Assembly: GCF_026571515.1 (NCBI RefSeq)
Contig: NW_026864086.1
Span: 434,001 to 498,000 of the forward strand
Source: Ruditapes philippinarum
Lineage: Eukaryota
DNA: 64,000 nucleotides
Direction: 5' to 3'
Shown here in pieces: positions 24,146 through 37,760 of the stretch (positions within the stretch are counted from its first letter, which is position 1; each line of letters starts with the position of its first letter). The notes beneath the pieces were generated by a model. The model did not search any database and was not told the origin of the DNA. It saw nothing but the letters and a program-made list of their open reading frames with translations. A program made the position numbers and the translations under genes.

Positions 24146-27100
24146 TTATTTCTGATTGTTGTTAGTATACCATCTCCACGCATCTGTACCTGAAAGAAAA
24201 AATGTTTTATCCATTATCTACTAATTAATTGAATTGTGATTCACTATTGATAAATATTACATGCCTGTGTATAGCTTGATATAAAACTACATTAATAAAG
24301 ATGAATTTTAGTAAAACAATCATAAAAAAGGCAACGCAAATGGACATTTAACATCTTTTTATCAACTTACAGACATCTGTTATATTCAAGCCAACGTTCC
24401 ATTCAAGTTCCTTCCTGGCCAATGAAATGTCTGCATATGACGTGGGCGTGTCATATGATCGAGGTTCCTTAAATGCGATTGGAATCTACAGTAAACAAAT
24501 AAAATAAATAAAGGAAATACTCGTATCTGTAGATATAAAGGATTAATCACTCAGTCTCAGCGTTTTTCCCTTAAATAAGTGTTTAGAATATCAAATTTTA
24601 GATAGGCTTAACCTGTTATTTAAATCAATTTTCTATTCAGATCTATTTAAGCTAATGCATGTAAAGCACTGTACGCCCAACGTGTAAACAGTTCAAGTGT
24701 AAATTATCTCTACCCTGAAAGAAATATCGAACCGAGAGAACTCTTTGAAGTTGATATAATTTAATTCCATTATTATTTTCTATATTATAAAGATCACTCA
24801 CTGTTTTTCCTGATGCTTTTTCAAATTCTCTCACCATGTTGAGAGCTGAGCATGGACTTCCAGTCCCCAAGTTAAACACCTGTTGTATGATATAGTTTAT
24901 AATGATTCCGACATTGAATAGAAAAGTTAAAATGATCTTTATTATATCATTTACAGAAATTTGGTAAAAATTAAAAAAAATAAATAAAATATATTTTGAA
25001 AAGTTAAAAACTAAACTTAATAAAGTTAATAAAGTTTCAGTAACACTAAAATGATACAATAACTTTTCCATCAGACCTTCTTATAAAATGTTTAACCGGT
25101 ATTATGTATAAAACATCAATTAAAGGTGTGTTCAGTCGAGCATATTTTATCTTACATTTGTATAATGTATCTACGAAACATCAATTGCATGAATTCCATT
25201 GTTTATGAATTATTTCTAATATAATGATGTTTGTTATACATACAATTTTTAAATGTAAAATAACCATTTTTTCGAAGTTTTAAACTTGTAAACACAGTGT
25301 GAATACATATTGTCATGTTTGACACAGGCAGTTTCTTAAGAAAAGACAAAATTCCACAGTAATAGGGAATGCAGCTTCTCAAACAAAACAAGATCACATT
25401 ATACATATTCATTAACGTTAGGAACTTCTTAAATTATTTTTTATAGAATTCTACAAAACATGTATTTTACCCAAAGATGGGCATGGTGTATCTTTTCATT
25501 TTCCCGCCGCGTCTTGATTTGCGTAAAATTTTATAGAACTTCCCTTTTGTTACTGTACAAACCTTATAACCGTTTATAGCTTCTATCTTTTTTAGTGCTG
25601 CAATATGTCCTTTTGCAATATCAACAACGTGCGTATAATCCCTCTCACCTGAATATATACGTCAATTTGTGAGTTAAGATTATTTCAGAAGATGGCAAAA
25701 ATGTATCTGTGAATTCTACCAACTACAATTTACACTTTTAATTCAATTCACAAACATGCATAAGGGTGTCAATTTAGTTTCATATACATCCTGTTATAAA
25801 ATATGGTAAAAATAAATTTTCATACTATATCGTAAAACAATTTATTACATGACAGCGCTTGATTTCCATTACATGTAAAATCATAAAAATAATAAAGATA
25901 ATTAAGCATTTCTTTATTTAACAAATGTATAGTAAATCTTGATCTTTTTGCCTTTATATTTCGCAAGGAAAACTGCATAAAAGCACGCATAACAAGATAA
26001 TTTTCTTAAATTTCACAAATGTTTTATGTATGTGATAAAAAGTAGCACATTCGTTGCCATATAATAATTATTAAACTTTATTTTAACTCGAAGAAACCTA
26101 CATTTTCTTAAACTTGTTTTGATAAAAATTTTGTTACATAGGATATTATTTAAGGTCTTATCTTGTACCTGTTCCATCTATTGTTTTGTATTTATCACCA
26201 TATATAATGAAATGATCTTGCTTTCCTAGTGCAGTCTTTGCGATATTCGGCATGAGGTTTGGTGGATTGTCTGTCATGATTTCTCCAATAAGCCCGGACT
26301 TGTGCGCGCCAACTGGGTTAAACAATCGTAGGGTAATAATACTCCAATCCTGAAAAATATACACTAAGATTAAAGAATAATATATATATATATTCACACA
26401 CCACCGTAACTTCATGGCATCGTGTTTTCTTTTAAAGCTTTGTTTTTAAAAGGAGCTTCACTGAGGTCAAAAAGCCTTAAAACTTAAAAATAGATAAATG
26501 AAACACTTGTAAAGGACAAATCTGCAAAGGAGAAAAGCTGGCAAAGGATGAGAAAGAAATACACTAAGAATTTAATTGAATATCGATTTATTTTGCGCGA
26601 TTCCTAGACTTATTTGAGTTACCTTTTTGTGTTCTTTAGCACAATGAAAATAATGACGGTGACGGGAATATCTGAAAATTTGCACACAAGTTATTTGTAT
26701 AGACCTACATCAAAAGGTAAACAAATCTCGGAACTCGTATATCCAGTCTCGCCATTCCAAAAAAGTGAAGTCCTTTAAGTAGTACAATGAGTTGTCAATT
26801 AAATCCAAAATTCTAACCTCTTCAGCTATACATAAATCCTTCAAGACTTCCTCACAAAAATATTTTGTTCTACTGTATGGGTCGTTAACATCTCCAGCCG
26901 TATGCTGCTCATCAATTGGCAAATGATTTGGATGGCCGTAAACTGCTACGGAACTGGCATATATCATTCTATACACACCGTGGTTCTTCATTACCTGCAA
27001 GCTCAAACATGTTGACGGTATCATGACCAGATCTTAAAGGTAAAATTTCTATTCAAATGTGTACATTTTTTCAGTAATTTTGTTTTTAATCTTTGCTTAA

Positions 27101-29452
27101 AATGGCGAGCAAGTATACATTAATGTGTCTGGAAAGCTAAAACACCATTTCTTTTTCGAAGAAATATTGAATCAGCCTAAAGTTGTTAGTAGCTGCATAA
27201 TTGTGAATTAGGCATAAACCTAGCTGCTGGTAATCAGCGGATTCAGCATCAAAATATATACAATTAAATGAACACTGACATGTATGTATCATAGAAAATC
27301 CATATCTATCATACATAGTTCTTCATATAGTAGCGAAAAAGCGTTACCCTTTATTGTGAACATTGTTTTAATATTACAGACGCTACAATTTTATTGTACA
27401 CACAGTGATATTGCTAGCATGTTGTGTGTCAGCTTCTTGGATTGTCAATTTCGATTGAAAGACATGAAAAGCTATTATTCATGTACGTTACCTTACAACT
27501 ACAACACTGTATGGTATGGGAGCGCATCGGTGACAAAAATAAATGCATGTCATTCGCGTAAGAAATCATTTATAAAAACAAACAAAAATAATATTGTTAC
27601 AATGCTTTGATGGCTATTAATAAAAATAATTGGAAAAGATCCGTTTAATTTCTATTATATTTTCATCTTAAATGTATGGCATGCAATTCAAGTGGTGTTT
27701 AAAAGATAAAAGGTGGCGAAATGGAAATATGTAAACGATACATCTACGTTATCAGTGGCGCAAATTATGACGTTTGATTTGTTACTCATTACCTCTAAAA
27801 GTGTTACCAGCCCGACAACGTTGTTCTTGTAATAGTTCAAAGGAGACTGAATTGACAACTTATGTGACTTCTTAGCTGCCAGATGTATCACACAAGATAC
27901 ATTATTCTGAAACAGAGTAAAGATGTTTAATTCGATTCTTTCACACATAAACATTTGATTGGCATTCCTTACGTATAGGTTAAAGTTTATTAGTTCGTAT
28001 TTACAAAAATAAATTGGTCAGGCGCGGCGTACTATTAAACTTTAACCTATACTTAGTTACAGCTAGAAAACCCTTTAAAACATGTCGCGTGCTCCAGATG
28101 GCGACATTCCGTTGCCTTCTATAAATGAATTACTGTTTATGATTACGTCATTTTGCCCTTATGAATGAACATGAAAATTTATACGCTACTATACGAATAA
28201 ATGTTCAATAAAAATATAAGCTTTGGATATATTTCTAAGAATAAAATCTATCTCTAATTTCAAAAAAAGAACCAAGAGCTTCGTTAACGCCGTAAATAGT
28301 TACCTTTTTAGAAGCGTTACAACATTATCATTGACAAGATTATTTGAAAGCAATCGTGGGTCTTTGCAAAGTGAAACGAAATGGGTTAAAAAAAGTCCAT
28401 ACCGAATCGAAATACATATGAACAGTTATTAAGTAATATTTTCTTTTGCTTTCTCTCGTCGTAACCAATGCAATACATTGTTTTACCTTTTTGGCATGGA
28501 GGAATGCCACATGGGTAGTAGTGTATGGACGTTCTTTATATAAATGGAACCTCGAGTAATTTATTTCAACCTTTTATATATCATAAAACAAAAGATATTA
28601 TGTGGTACCTACCCAAAACAGGACTAACTGTAATTACCTCTTGAAAGATAAGATTTAGACTTTCCTTATCCGTAATGTCTACATTGTGAGCTTGAACTGG
28701 TTTTCCAGTAATAACCTCTACTTGTTTTAACGCCTCTACAAATAACAGTTAAATATATAATTCATAGAAAGTGCTTTTGCCCATTGAGTCAATCTTTTTA
28801 ATAGCTACTTTGTATTTGTATTGCATTTACTCTTAATATACTAATCGTATTGAAATATAATTATCGTATATATGTGTAAATATGTTAAAGTCTGGTCTCG
28901 TCTAGAATGATTCTGCAATGAAGACACTCATTATCGGTTCATATTGGTAAGATACGAGTATGTAAGTATACTAAGTTTATCGCATATTTGCTTTTTTTAC
29001 GACTCATTTTAATTGAAATTTGATGTCCGAATGTATTTTAATATTTAGTTTTGTTTTTTGTTGTTTTTTTGTGAAACATATGGTATTATAAGTGAGAAAC
29101 GTAGAAATGGTTTATTTGTTTTTAATATTCAATGTATGAAACGTTATTGTAATTTTATAAGAACATTGTTTGTCGAGTAAACAATACTAATATTTCATTT
29201 CAAATCATTAACAGTGTGCAAACGATCAACAGAAGTGTGAGCTATTTTGATATGAGACCTATTTAAAATGTCCAATGAAATTGCTTCTGTACCTCAATAC
29301 AAGTAAGGGTTCACTTGAAATTTACCAATTTTAGAGTTGTCCAATCTATCGATGACTATCACGTGATAACCTTCTTTTAGTAATTCTACAACCACGTGAC
29401 TACCGACATATCCAGCACCCCCTGTTACAACTATATGATTTTTAGCTGACAT
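24146..29452 (-). CDS. GALE: UDP-glucose/UDP-GlcNAc 4-epimerase-like protein (divergent GALE homologue), 9 coding exons
   Basis: Exons 29452-29326 ([19 protein letters not shown]), 28735-28638, 27906-27793, 26994-26818 (ASSVAVYG; YSRTK catalytic YxxxK), 26349-26169 ([10 protein letters not shown]...NLMP...DGTG), 25648-25563 ([14 protein letters not shown]), 24879-24802 (VFNLGTG), 24485-24371, 24189-24146 (CTDAWRW...*). All junctions are GT-AG and phase-consistent. A probable 5' UTR exon has its donor at 29935. Confidence 0.93.
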
Positions 29453-30146
29453 TCTACAAAACAACAATATGCCACGTATTTATGTGAGATCAAAGTAATT
29501 AAAGGCAAACGATTTTTTTCAATCTAACTATAAACTAATACCGAAAACATGACACCGTTGTTATTAGATTAAATGAATGAAGTTTAATGAAAATATAAAT
29601 TTATACAATTATATGAACCTTGGAATGTAAACTTTTACAGCGGCACTTTGTGTCAAACGCCTGATTATAAAACCAACTACATATCAATCCCAGTTTTGAA
29701 TTATATCGACTCTTAAACGTATACGTTGCATTGTACGAGTTAAATCTTGTAAAACATAAAAATGTATACTCATATATGTATAAACAAAATCTGATCAATC
29801 AAAATGAAAACCTGTATTAATATCAAAAATGGATTACAGCTGTACCTAAGATTTGCGGACAAAAAGGTAAAACAAACATGAAAACACCTCAATCTGTCAA
29901 ACATAAAAAAATAAAACAAAATGTAAGCGTCTTACCTTGATCAGATCACATTCCACAAGAAAATAAATTACATTCAGTTCTGTGTAGTTTTTCTATGATA
30001 TGTTGATCACATGTTACCAAATCAATGCCTGTGAGTTTGAGCGATTTTGTTCAATATGAAATTCTCTTACAATACATACAATGTATATATACGATATAAA
30101 ACAGTACAAAAATGAATAGATGGGGAGACATTTCATTATAATGGAG

Positions 30147-30777
30147 GTCATAAGACCTCCCTATAGTGTCATAAGACCTCCCTATAGTGTCATAAGACCT
30201 CCCTATAGTGTCATTAGACCTCCCTTTAGTGTCATAAGACCTCCCCTATAGTGTCATTAGACCTCCCTATAGTGTCATAAGACCTCCCTATAGTGTCATT
30301 AGACCTCCCTATAGTGTCATAAGACCTCCCTATAGTGTCATTAGACCTCCCTATAGTGTCATAAGACCTCCCTATAGTGTCATTAGACTTCCCTATAGTG
30401 TCATAAGACCTCCCTATAGTATCATTAGACCTCCCTATAGTGTCATTAGACCTCCCTATAGTGTCATAAGACCTCCCTATAGTGTCATAAGACCTCCCTA
30501 TAGTGTCATAAGACCTCCCTATAGTGTCATTAGACCTCCCTATAGTGTCATTAGACCTCCCTATAGTGTCATTAGACCTTCCTATAGTGTCATAAGACCT
30601 CCCTATAGTGTCATTAGACCTCCCTATAGTGTCATAAGACCTCCCTATAGTGTCATCAGACCTCCCTATAGTGTCATTAGACCTCTCTATAGTGTCATAA
30701 GACCTCCCTATAGTGTCATAAGACCTCCCTATAGTGTCATAAGACCTCCCTATAGTGTCGTTAGACCTCCCTATAGT
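30147..30777. repeat. 21-bp minisatellite (GTCATWAGACCTCCCTATAGT) x ~30
   Basis: Near-perfect tandem units differing mainly at one A/T position. The array starts within the palindrome GGAGGTC-ATAA-GACCTCC (30143-30160). Confidence 0.97.
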
Positions 30778-32212
30778 GTAGGGGCAATCATTTTTGCATT
30801 ACAAATTTAAAGTAAGTGTACAGGATTTAAAACGTTTAAACGTTTAGAACGTTTAAACCACAATGGAAATAAGTCGGCTTATGCCTTCTTTTTGTGTCAT
30901 CCTTGGTATTGAATATATGGCATCAACATATGCACTTTCATGTTCAAATGTATCTCTTGATGTTGACATTGAATTTGTAGTTGTTTTATGACATGTACTT
31001 TTTACCAAAATAAAACTATCTAAAAAAATCTATAACCTGTCTATAAAAATTGGTGAGCGTATGCTCTGATTTCAAAATAACAAAGAATATAGTGCAGAAC
31101 TGTAATTGCTAAACCAAAGCAAACATATTTCTTTCGCGGATGAATATCTAATTCCTTCTACGACTGCACACGCTGTCTCACTCAAATAATTGCGTTGAAC
31201 ATTTTATATTTTACTGCTGAACATTTGATATTTTACTGCTGAACATTTGATATTTTACTGGTCATTTTCTCCACCCTATCTTCATTTAAAGTTTAATACG
31301 ACCTTGAAACTCTGACCTGTAAATGTTTAAGTTGGTAAAAAAAATTGGCCTCAATCTAATTATCCTCAAAGCTTTAAGCATACTACAAGAATTTATATCT
31401 TTCCGTAGACTTCTAGATATAAAAAAGACAATACTTTACTTCATTAAATAAATTACAGAAATTGTGAAAGTCTCAATGTTTAACATTATCACATCATCAA
31501 TTTTGATATTTTCTTTTAAGTTGTTTTATTTATCAAAATTGATTAAATACTTAAGATAATGTTTAATAATCATAATAAAACAAGTTCACTGAATTTATAT
31601 GATGTCAATTATTTGCTTTACTTGTGCTTACACCAAATGAAATAACCAAATAGTCATTAATTAAATTATTCATCTGACTGTTTCTTCACTAGTATGTTTT
31701 TTTACAGTCATTTCTTCCAATTACTTGCGACAGATGCAGTCCGTTCATAAGTAAACCGACAACTTAATAACAAAATTATTTTGCTATATATAAAACATCC
31801 CCTGACCCCAGATATAATAGTCTATCGTGGAGACGGTCCAGTACTCTTGACTTAAAAGGGAAGTATGACGTCACGGCGACGTTATCATTTGACAAGCCTT
31901 CTGCAGCAGGTAGAAAAATTCTCGTACGAAGCTTATTTGTTTTACATGTTGCTTTCCCTTTCAGACAATGACCAACGAGTGAGAAAAGTTATTGAACTTA
32001 TTTTTACTTGTGATTTGCTTTCTATCTAGATAAATCATTCTTTGGCAACACTTCAACATTCAGCATTTTAGAAAAGTACCGTAATGCGAAATGATAGAAA
32101 TAAATAATTGTAAATATTGAAGATTAAAATTCATAATATAAGTTAAAAAAAAACTTTCGTGAGAAAATAAAAAAGATTTAGTGTTTTTACTATTTAATAA
32201 ATCTCTCGTATA

Positions 32213-34633
32213 CTAAATACCCTGAAAGTAGTCATGGACGTTTTGCAATTTATCACTCATTGTTTGTCTCTTAAACAGAATGTCTGGTTCATTGTCATAC
32301 CCAAATAAACGACAATCGTTCTCAACAATCTTTTTCAATTTTTGTATTAACTGTATTGGAACACTTCTAAAAGCTTGTACCAATGCTTCTTGATGCTGTG
32401 CCTTCAGTTCCTCTGAATAACTTTTACTTGCATACATAGCGGATTGAAAAGATCTTGTAAACGTGTTTTCGTCTATAACTCCTTGGTCATCTTTGAAGTA
32501 CGGAATGTTGTAATACTTTGATATCTTTCCGCGAATTTGTGAACTCGACCAAAACCTCTGAAGCAGTTCAAACTGTGGAATTACAGATTTGTACTTTGTG
32601 TACATTTGATACATTTCAGTAATCCAGTTTATTGAGTGTCTATATTTAATTTCTGATTCAATTTCTTTAATTGTTATGATTCTGTTTAGAGTTGCGTTTT
32701 TGTTAAGATATTTATTCACTAGCACGGCAAGGTCGTCAGAAAAGGTTTCAAGCTTACCAATGAAATCAAAATTTGATTCACACGGATTACATAAAGAAGA
32801 CATGGGATAAAAAAAACTAGACGTCATATTTTTATCATCTAACATCACTATATATTTAACAAGCTCTGTAAACGTAACATCATGTCCCAAGTTTAATGTC
32901 CTCGAAGCTGTGTTATTCCTAACTTTAGAAATTATGTCAACTCCTACGGTATACCAAACGTCGCTCGGATGATAAAAATACCCTTCATATAAAGAGAATA
33001 GTCTAGAATACGGATCTCTTACAAACATGAATTTGTGTCTTGAAAGCGAAGATATTTGCAGGTCTGTGAGAGCGTTATTGTAACTTTTTTTATTTCCAGT
33101 TTCCAAGTAGTTAAAAAATGTATCGACAAATGCAGATGCGCATTTTGGTATTTTACAATAGTAGAGATTGTTTGTTTTTGAAAAATTACTATGAACAGCT
33201 ATTGAAATAATTTTGCACATCTCTTTTGCGTGTTCCAATCTTCTATTCACTTCTCGCATCTGTGCTTCCTGTGATGAGCAAAACATTATAAAACACTTGA
33301 ATAAAAATACATGTGTTTAAGTAAACAAAGGTTGATAGCGGTAAGATATCAAATAATGAAATTAACAATCATAGTTTTGACATTATTTTACAATTTCAAG
33401 TCACGCTTGTGAAATATCTTTTACATCTTTTACATTCCTTTATTAACAAGCATGCATAATCAACCTGTACTTAATCTGCTAGATAGCTAAAATGGACTTG
33501 TCCATCTTAAATCTGGACAAAATGAATTATCTTTTAAGTGAACTCATAGAAATCACTACTGTCTGAATAACAAACAGTGCAGACCATTATCAGACAGCAC
33601 TGACTGATCATGATCTGCACTTATAACATCGGTACTGTCAGGTTTAGGGTTAAAACAAAGTAACATACGAGTTCATTTACCATTGTCATTATCTGATCAT
33701 GCAGTTTGATAGAGCTTACATTCCAGTCTCTGTTTTGATCCTTATAGCTGGCACCATTACTAAAATTGTTTCCTAAAAAAATCAAATTAATACCATAATC
33801 ACGCGTACATATTTGGCCGAAACATTTTTCACATTAATAAATACTGCATACAAATTAGAACAAAATAATCTTTTTTTTTTAAACTGGTATTACAATAGTT
33901 TTATCTGCATGACAGTTCAAACACAAACATTTTAATATCGTTTTTATTCTAAATCCAATAATAACATGCATTTACAACTTAGGTATAAGATTTGAGTGAC
34001 GAAACATACGGAAATCCGAGGTCCATATATTCGTTTAATTTGAAAAACATGTATTTGTTAATTGAAATTACAGTAGACATTTATGGATGTCATTTAAACA
34101 AAGACCATTTGCAAGCCTTTATATTCTTTTTTTTAAGTAGAATCTACATTTGTTATGTTATCCTTGTTGTTCTTTCGCCGTTATCACATTGATTAAAATC
34201 AATAATAAATGTTATTTATTTATACCTGAATCTTACTCTTTTGTATCATATTCAAACATAAAAACACGCTCCCTGTTGTCAAAATATGACACCCCAGAAA
34301 AAAGGTAACCAATGAACGTGCATCTGAATATGATATTGTTATCGCTTTCCGTTTTCCTGGCACCACAATAATACCCCAGCAAAAATAAGCCAATCAACGG
34401 GCATGCTTTGGAGTGCGGGTAACTGATACCTGCACTCCACTTAACTCATTGTGCATGTATATGTATACGATTTAACTATGACACATTTTCAACAAAAATG
34501 TTCCCCAAACTATGATACAATTATCTATACCTGAACCCATGAGAATAAACAAAACGAACGCTGTTAGAATGTATATCTGCAAACGTTGTAACAAACATGG
34601 AATTGTCGGATTCATCCCTCTGACCGGTGTCAT
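32213..34633 (-). CDS. Golgi carbohydrate sulfotransferase, CHST8-14/HNK-1ST family (Sulfotransfer_2), type II membrane protein
   Basis: Exons 34633-34531 (MTPVRGMNP...IYILTAFVLFILMGS, signal anchor), 33772-33681 and 33268-32213. Motifs: YCKIPKCAS (5'-PSB), FMFVRDPYSRLFSLY (3'-PB), LCNPC..FDFIGKLETF, DCRLFGY. Confidence 0.88.
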
Positions 34634-37119
34634 ACCTGTAGAATATGACTATTTGGAAAATCTGTATTTTTGTTATAAAGAAACAGACATAGATTAGCCA
34701 TTACATGATTTGCTCTCCACAAATATTTTATTCATATTTTATATATATGTACACGCGTTAACAAGGTCTTTATTTAAGCCGACAAGCTCTTATATAAGTT
34801 AATGATTCTGAACGCAAAAGCTGTTCACAGTTATAAGGTTTATTAAGTTGATTTAACTAAACTTAAAAAATAACTTTACCCATTTACCTATATAATTTGA
34901 TTCAATTCAAGAAATTAAGCTATAAATACAAAGTAAGAAATTCGTAGCTGTGTAGCATTTTGTTCACTTCATGTATCACCTTCCCATTTTTAGTTCTAGT
35001 ATGTTATTTGTTATATCTGCCTTACAAAAATAGTAAACTGATTAACATGAGTATTCCAAAGACATAACGAGAAAATAAACAACAAACACTTCCGACTGAT
35101 CACGTAAATTATCTACAATTATTTACCTTTAAAAATTAATTTCATTAACAAACGTCTTTAAATTAAACTTATATCCTTTTAAGAATATTTGATCTCACAT
35201 CCTTTTAACCACTTCGATCCATTATTGCTCAAAAATTTAATTATTGTTAATTATTTCAAAAAATGGAAGAAAATAAAAAAAAAAAAACCTAGATGCCATG
35301 ATAGTTACAATCTTTAATAATAATATAATTACCTTAAATACTAAATCGAGACACAATTGCACTCTTATATTTTGAAATGTAAGATATATTATATCCTTGA
35401 TTTGCAATGACGCATTTTTGTTTACGCATGTTTCTTATTTACCAGCAAGATGAAAAAAAAACATTAAATGGCGTAAGATCTTGCCAATAGAAATATGAAA
35501 AATCCGAAATCACACACAGCTGCAGACAATTATGTAATTCTTTAAGGAAATTTGTAACGAAATAGAACTAAACAATATCTATAGTATACATGAAAAAAAC
35601 TAGTTTCTGTCGCAAATCTATACTTTTTAAAAACATCTATAAACATCTGTTTCTTTATTTTTGTCTTTTGCAAATGAGATTTAAAAATCACAAAATAAAC
35701 ACAAATTCATTATTTGACGTAAAGAATCTAAAGTATTTTGTAAAAATAATTGTAACTGACCATACTTTGAGAATTAATATACGGATGTGGAGATGTTGTG
35801 TTTGTCAAGTGTAGATTCTGAGCCGCAAACTGTTACATATTTTCACTGAATAGACCTTTCAACTATACTTAAGTATCCTTATACAATCTATTACCATTTC
35901 ATTTGTTGTGAATCAATGTTTAATTCAAATAAAATATAAAACCGTTAAAGTTATTCTTTTAGCAGAGAGTATGTATGACATAAACAAGCCAAAAACTGAT
36001 GATTTTTGTTCTAACGGACATGATGAAAAGATCGGTGAACAAATCGAGTAGATAATATTTGATTTCATCTAGTGTAAAAGGATTATTTTAAGAGTGACTT
36101 ATTTTACAATGAATTTTCGCTTAGTAAGGTACATGCAATTTTTATATATTTCAATGTTACATTTATTTTTTAAATATGCAAAAATAAATGGTCAGATTTT
36201 CTTTTTTTTAATAATCAAGAAATACGGTTGCTTTAAATGATACATCAATATATATAAACAATATTCATCATGCATGACGAAAACACTTTGTATTAAAACA
36301 AAGATACAATAAAATGCCTAAATATTATTACAAAATGTAAATAATCAATTAAAGTAGATAAACGACATTATTGTACCCTGTTTTGCCAGCGTAAACTAAT
36401 CAATGTTACCCTGTCTCGAGATTACAAGCACGTGTTACTTCCGATCACTGTACCTTACTTGAGAGCTCGAACCACTCATGCGGTAACAAAAGTAGACTTG
36501 TTTTGTAACTATATATACTGTGATAATCCTTGCTATAAAATGACGTGCTCCAGAAATCAAGAAATCAAATGGTAATTTTCATACAGTGTGTGCTATGTTC
36601 TCTTTACATAATTATGCCATCATATCCTTGTTTATGATTCCTAAGGACAATCTAATTGATAAAAGCTGTTGTTTTTTTTTTATATTTGTTTTCATTGATT
36701 TGTATTTTTTATTGATTAATGTACTTCCCAGTGTATATATCTTACAGCGTTTTCAGATTGCTGTATTTATTGAAAAATGTAAACCGGCCAAATACTCTGT
36801 TGTCAGTTAATTACAAGAATAATATTGGGACCTGTCCTTAACATTGTATTGTAAAAGTTTTTCAATGGTTTCATATATTCCCTATGGCAACTGCATCTTT
36901 GACAATTCTAACTGACAGTTCCAGGTTGTATTTAATGATGTCAAAACCGGTGATCCCTCTAAAGCAATGAATACAACAATTGGAAGCTCGGTTTGATTGA
37001 GTCTGTTTATGAAAGATAATATTAAACAGTGCAACGTCTCTCATGATTCATAGCACCGGTTTAAGCGGTATTCAATCTCCGACACTAGCTAGCCGGAATC
37101 ACTGTGGACAAGAAAAAAA

Positions 37120-37760
37120 AACTAGAAATGTGTCCATAGGACAAAGGTGCCCCCACACTTTACTGTTTTGTCAAACTTATGACTCTAGGTCAAATATTAT
37201 TTTGGGCTACACATGACACAAATTGAAAATTAACAATTTTTTACTAAGCCAAGGGCAAATACTCTTCAAAAACTGAATAGATCCAGAATCAAGTGCACAA
37301 CTACACATGCCAACCAACGTTACTTTAAAGTTTCATGACTTTGGGTTAAAAAACTTTTTGAGCTATACACGACCAAATTTGAAATTTGCATTTTTTTATT
37401 AATTCTAGGGAAATAACTCTAAAAATAAAGGATAAATCCACTAGCGAACCCCAAAGTACAAAACTACACATGCTCACCAACTTTCATATTAAGTTTCATG
37501 GCTTTAGGTAAAATAGTTTTTGAGCTAAGCACAACACAAATTGCAAATTTTCACTGGGTCAAGGGCAATAACTCTGACAAAACAGAATAAAACCGCAAGC
37601 AAAACCTCAGGTGCAAAACTGCACATGCTGACTAACATTCCTGTAAAGTTTCATGACTCTAGGTCAAATACTTTTTGAGCTACGTGCGACACAACATGAG
37701 AACGGACGGACGAACAGACAAGGGTAAATCTAAATACCCCCTCCCTGTAGTGGGGACACA
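37120..37760 (-). mobile_element. Helentron-associated (HINE/DTC84-like) non-autonomous element with internal tandem repeats
   Basis: AACTAG...GTGTCC terminus, repeated AAAGTTTCATGACTCTAGGTCAAA units, a CGGA microsatellite and a terminal CCCC..GGGG palindrome. Confidence 0.6.

Noticed and set aside
30147-30777. CRISPR-like array, and resemblance of the minus-strand unit (TGACACTATAGGGAG) to SP6/T7 promoter ends
   Set aside because: There are no unique spacers and no cas genes in this eukaryotic context. The phage-promoter match covers only the downstream part and lacks the upstream specificity bases, so it is treated as coincidence.
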